From Podarcis bocagei (Eukaryota), in the NCBI GenBank assembly GCA_964188305.1, contig OZ076889.1: a stretch of 64,000 nucleotides of DNA; one strand, 5' to 3'. The notes under the pieces are model-generated. The model had not been told where the DNA came from. It ran no database searches and worked only from the letters and a program-made list of their open reading frames with translations. Shown here one piece after another: positions 62,801 to 64,000 of this stretch (position 1 is the first letter of the stretch; every line of letters begins with the position of its first letter). The position numbers and the translations under genes are program-made.

Positions 62801-63644
62801 CTTTATGATGTCCTTTCCAGAGGGCACGCACCATCTCTTCCAGGCTCCTTAAAGTAAGAGAAAAAACAGACCTAGCCAAGAGGTAGTCCTGTTTTCTCAA
62901 ATGCAAGCTTGCCATCTGCATCCAAGCTGTGCAAATGTGTGGCATGTCTCCACGGAACACTGTCAAGCGTGTGTCATTGAACTGCTTAGGAGGAAGACAA
63001 AACATTGACTAGCTTGAACTAGTGCAAGTAGCAGTGTCCTGGTAGTTATCTTGATTACAGCAGGGGGTCTGTTATGTGCACATTTAAGTGGATAATTTGG
63101 GTCAGAATAGGAATCTGTATTAGTCACTCATTTGCTGTCCAGATTCTACATACCTTTCTATTCTACTGCAAGGGCTTGTTAACATCTTACGAGCACTCCA
63201 AACACAGCATTTCACAGCTCAGAAAATGAAAAGCCAACAAGGGCTTTGTCCCAAAGGCTTCATCTGTTAAGCCTCACAGAATGTATTTCTTGCATACCAT
63301 TTTTGTCTTGTTCTATCCTCAGCGTTAACAACAGTTTCCCCCTTTTCCTTCCTAACATCCTTTAAGTATCTAAAATACATCACTTCCTCAGTCTTGCTTG
63401 ATGTAAATGAAATAAATACAACTCTCAGCCAGCCTTTTGAGTCCTTACCAACTGGAGAGATGTGCTCAGTGGATGCAGATTTCTCTGGGGCTGCTACAGG
63501 GGTGGGTTGAGAAATATCTTTCTCTGGAGAGGTTTCTTCCGGGATTACAGCAGATGGCACAGTTATTGGCTGAACAACTTGCACTGGCTTCTTAGGCAGC
63601 TGAGTGGGCTTCTTGGGAGCTGGAGCCTGTATGGAAGGCTCACC
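50725..63644 (-). CDS. CC2D1B: Coiled-coil and C2 domain-containing protein 1B (Lgd homolog), 3' portion; gene continues beyond window end
   Basis: 11 exons join in frame: DM14 repeat LESRRKQYLKAAVQAKKRNDLEQAKAFLRTAK and C2 domain through ...KVRLREPLSGQDLQTITENWLVLEH*; known tail-to-tail neighbour of ZFYVE9. Confidence 0.93.
52605..52695 (-). CDS. CC2D1B: CC2D1B exon (C2)
   Basis: SFFRSDKQVGTAHLKLDKLEFECEIREIIE. Confidence 0.93.
55025..55124 (-). CDS. CC2D1B: CC2D1B exon (C2)
   Basis: EYDQLFKLNINRNHRGFRRAIQAKGIKFEVFHKG. Confidence 0.93.
55952..56003 (-). CDS. CC2D1B: CC2D1B exon (C2)
   Basis: EQAQKSKTSVIKNTNCP. Confidence 0.92.
56872..57095 (+). mobile_element. tRNA-derived CORE/MIR-like squamate SINE (Squam2-like)
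   Basis: ggtgtaatggttagagtgttgaactatgacctgggagaccagggttagaatccccactcagcc...gaccttgggccagtca; TAA-rich tail. Confidence 0.7.
57526..57584 (-). CDS. CC2D1B: CC2D1B exon (C2)
   Basis: GVAPNDLDAFVKFEFHYPNT. Confidence 0.92.
57859..57932 (-). CDS. CC2D1B: CC2D1B exon (C2 domain start)
   Basis: IFSELSSTEMHLIIVRGINLPAPP. Confidence 0.92.
58512..58628 (-). CDS. CC2D1B: CC2D1B exon
   Basis: FEKLAQICKKDLDILQLAQAQGLDPPSHHFEERTFKIVR. Confidence 0.92.
59205..59263 (-). CDS. CC2D1B: CC2D1B exon
   Basis: KCLQYSKQFTHLGNVSETSR. Confidence 0.9.
59779..59904 (-). CDS. CC2D1B: CC2D1B exon
   Basis: LPSPPTDDEGDFIIIHHEDVRLSQKAEEVYVQLIKLLRDQHE. Confidence 0.92.
60502..60687 (-). mobile_element. hAT MITE, inverted copy of 7777-7963
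   Basis: Perfect 8-bp TSD cactacat (60494-60501, 60688-60695); near-identical reverse complement of 7777-7963. Confidence 0.9.
61076..61097 (+). repeat. (GT)n(GA)n microsatellite
   Basis: gtgtgtgtgtgtgagagagaga. Confidence 0.8.
61381..61553 (-). CDS. CC2D1B: CC2D1B exon (DM14 repeat)
   Basis: ALEHLEFLESRRKQYLKAAVQAKKRNDLEQAKAFLRTAKSLEPKIERAKSGKLVDISK. Confidence 0.92.
61628..61963 (-). mobile_element. Tigger1-like non-autonomous element
   Basis: ggagatattgcaggctcagttccagaccactgcaataaagtgaatattgcaataaa...tagtctattaa matches my recollection of the reverse complement of the Tigger1 3' end; the other end is gcgcaataaacaaagcgtgcctg. Confidence 0.7.
61976..62430 (-). mobile_element. L2 LINE 3' fragment
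   Basis: (TTTA)n tail followed by antisense L2-type sequence (ggcagggagttcca; ggtcccaagttattaagggctt). Confidence 0.6.
63449..63644 (-). CDS. CC2D1B: CC2D1B exon (Pro-rich linker)
   Basis: GEPSIQAPAPKKPTQLPKKPVQVVQPITVPS...EHISPV; ccactag acceptor, G|GTAAGG donor. Confidence 0.8.
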
Positions 63645-64000
63645 CTAGTGGGATAAGAAAGGAATTGAATGCAATGAGCAGGAAATTCAGATATAGGGCT
63701 CAAGATGAGGATGGATGCTAAACAAATGGATCCCATTACAGCAGCCATCTGCTGTGGTGCTGCAAAAGAGAGACCTTTTTTGTGCTAAAGGGATCAGAAA
63801 GTCATCTTAAGAGGCTGAGAAACTTCTTAATAACAGCACTGTAGTCATAATCACTAAGCAGTCTTCAACAAAATGGGATATAGAGTGATTCATCATCTGA
63901 AGTCCTAGTGTGGCTTAACAGGAGATGAGCTACTACTAGGTACCCCAACACAAAGTCTGTGAGTTAACCAGTTGAGCAGTTAGCATTAGGAAATTAAGGG

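Overview
Vertebrate genomic DNA, almost certainly a squamate (lacertid-type Sauria SINEs). The + strand holds the complete ZFYVE9/SARA gene. It has a CpG-island promoter, two inferred 5' leader exons and 17 coding exons (14497..47234; 4251 nt, 1416 aa plus stop) encoding the FYVE finger, Smad-binding domain, PP1 RVxF motif and SARA C-terminal domain, followed by a ~2.2 kb 3'UTR. The - strand holds the 3' half of CC2D1B (11 coding exons: last DM14 repeat and C2 domain), converging tail-to-tail with ZFYVE9. Introns are full of Sauria and other tRNA-derived SINEs, L2/CR1 fragments, and hAT and Tc1/mariner-type MITEs. I see no prokaryotic-style system or CRISPR array. The best leads are a spliced uORF/overlapping-ORF arrangement in the ZFYVE9 leader, a post-stop intron and a 27-nt intron-like relic in CC2D1B, overlapping opposite-strand poly(A) signals, a Tigger1-like element, and inverted SINEs able to drive back-splicing. 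All exon boundaries were read by eye from GT/AG sites and frame continuity.
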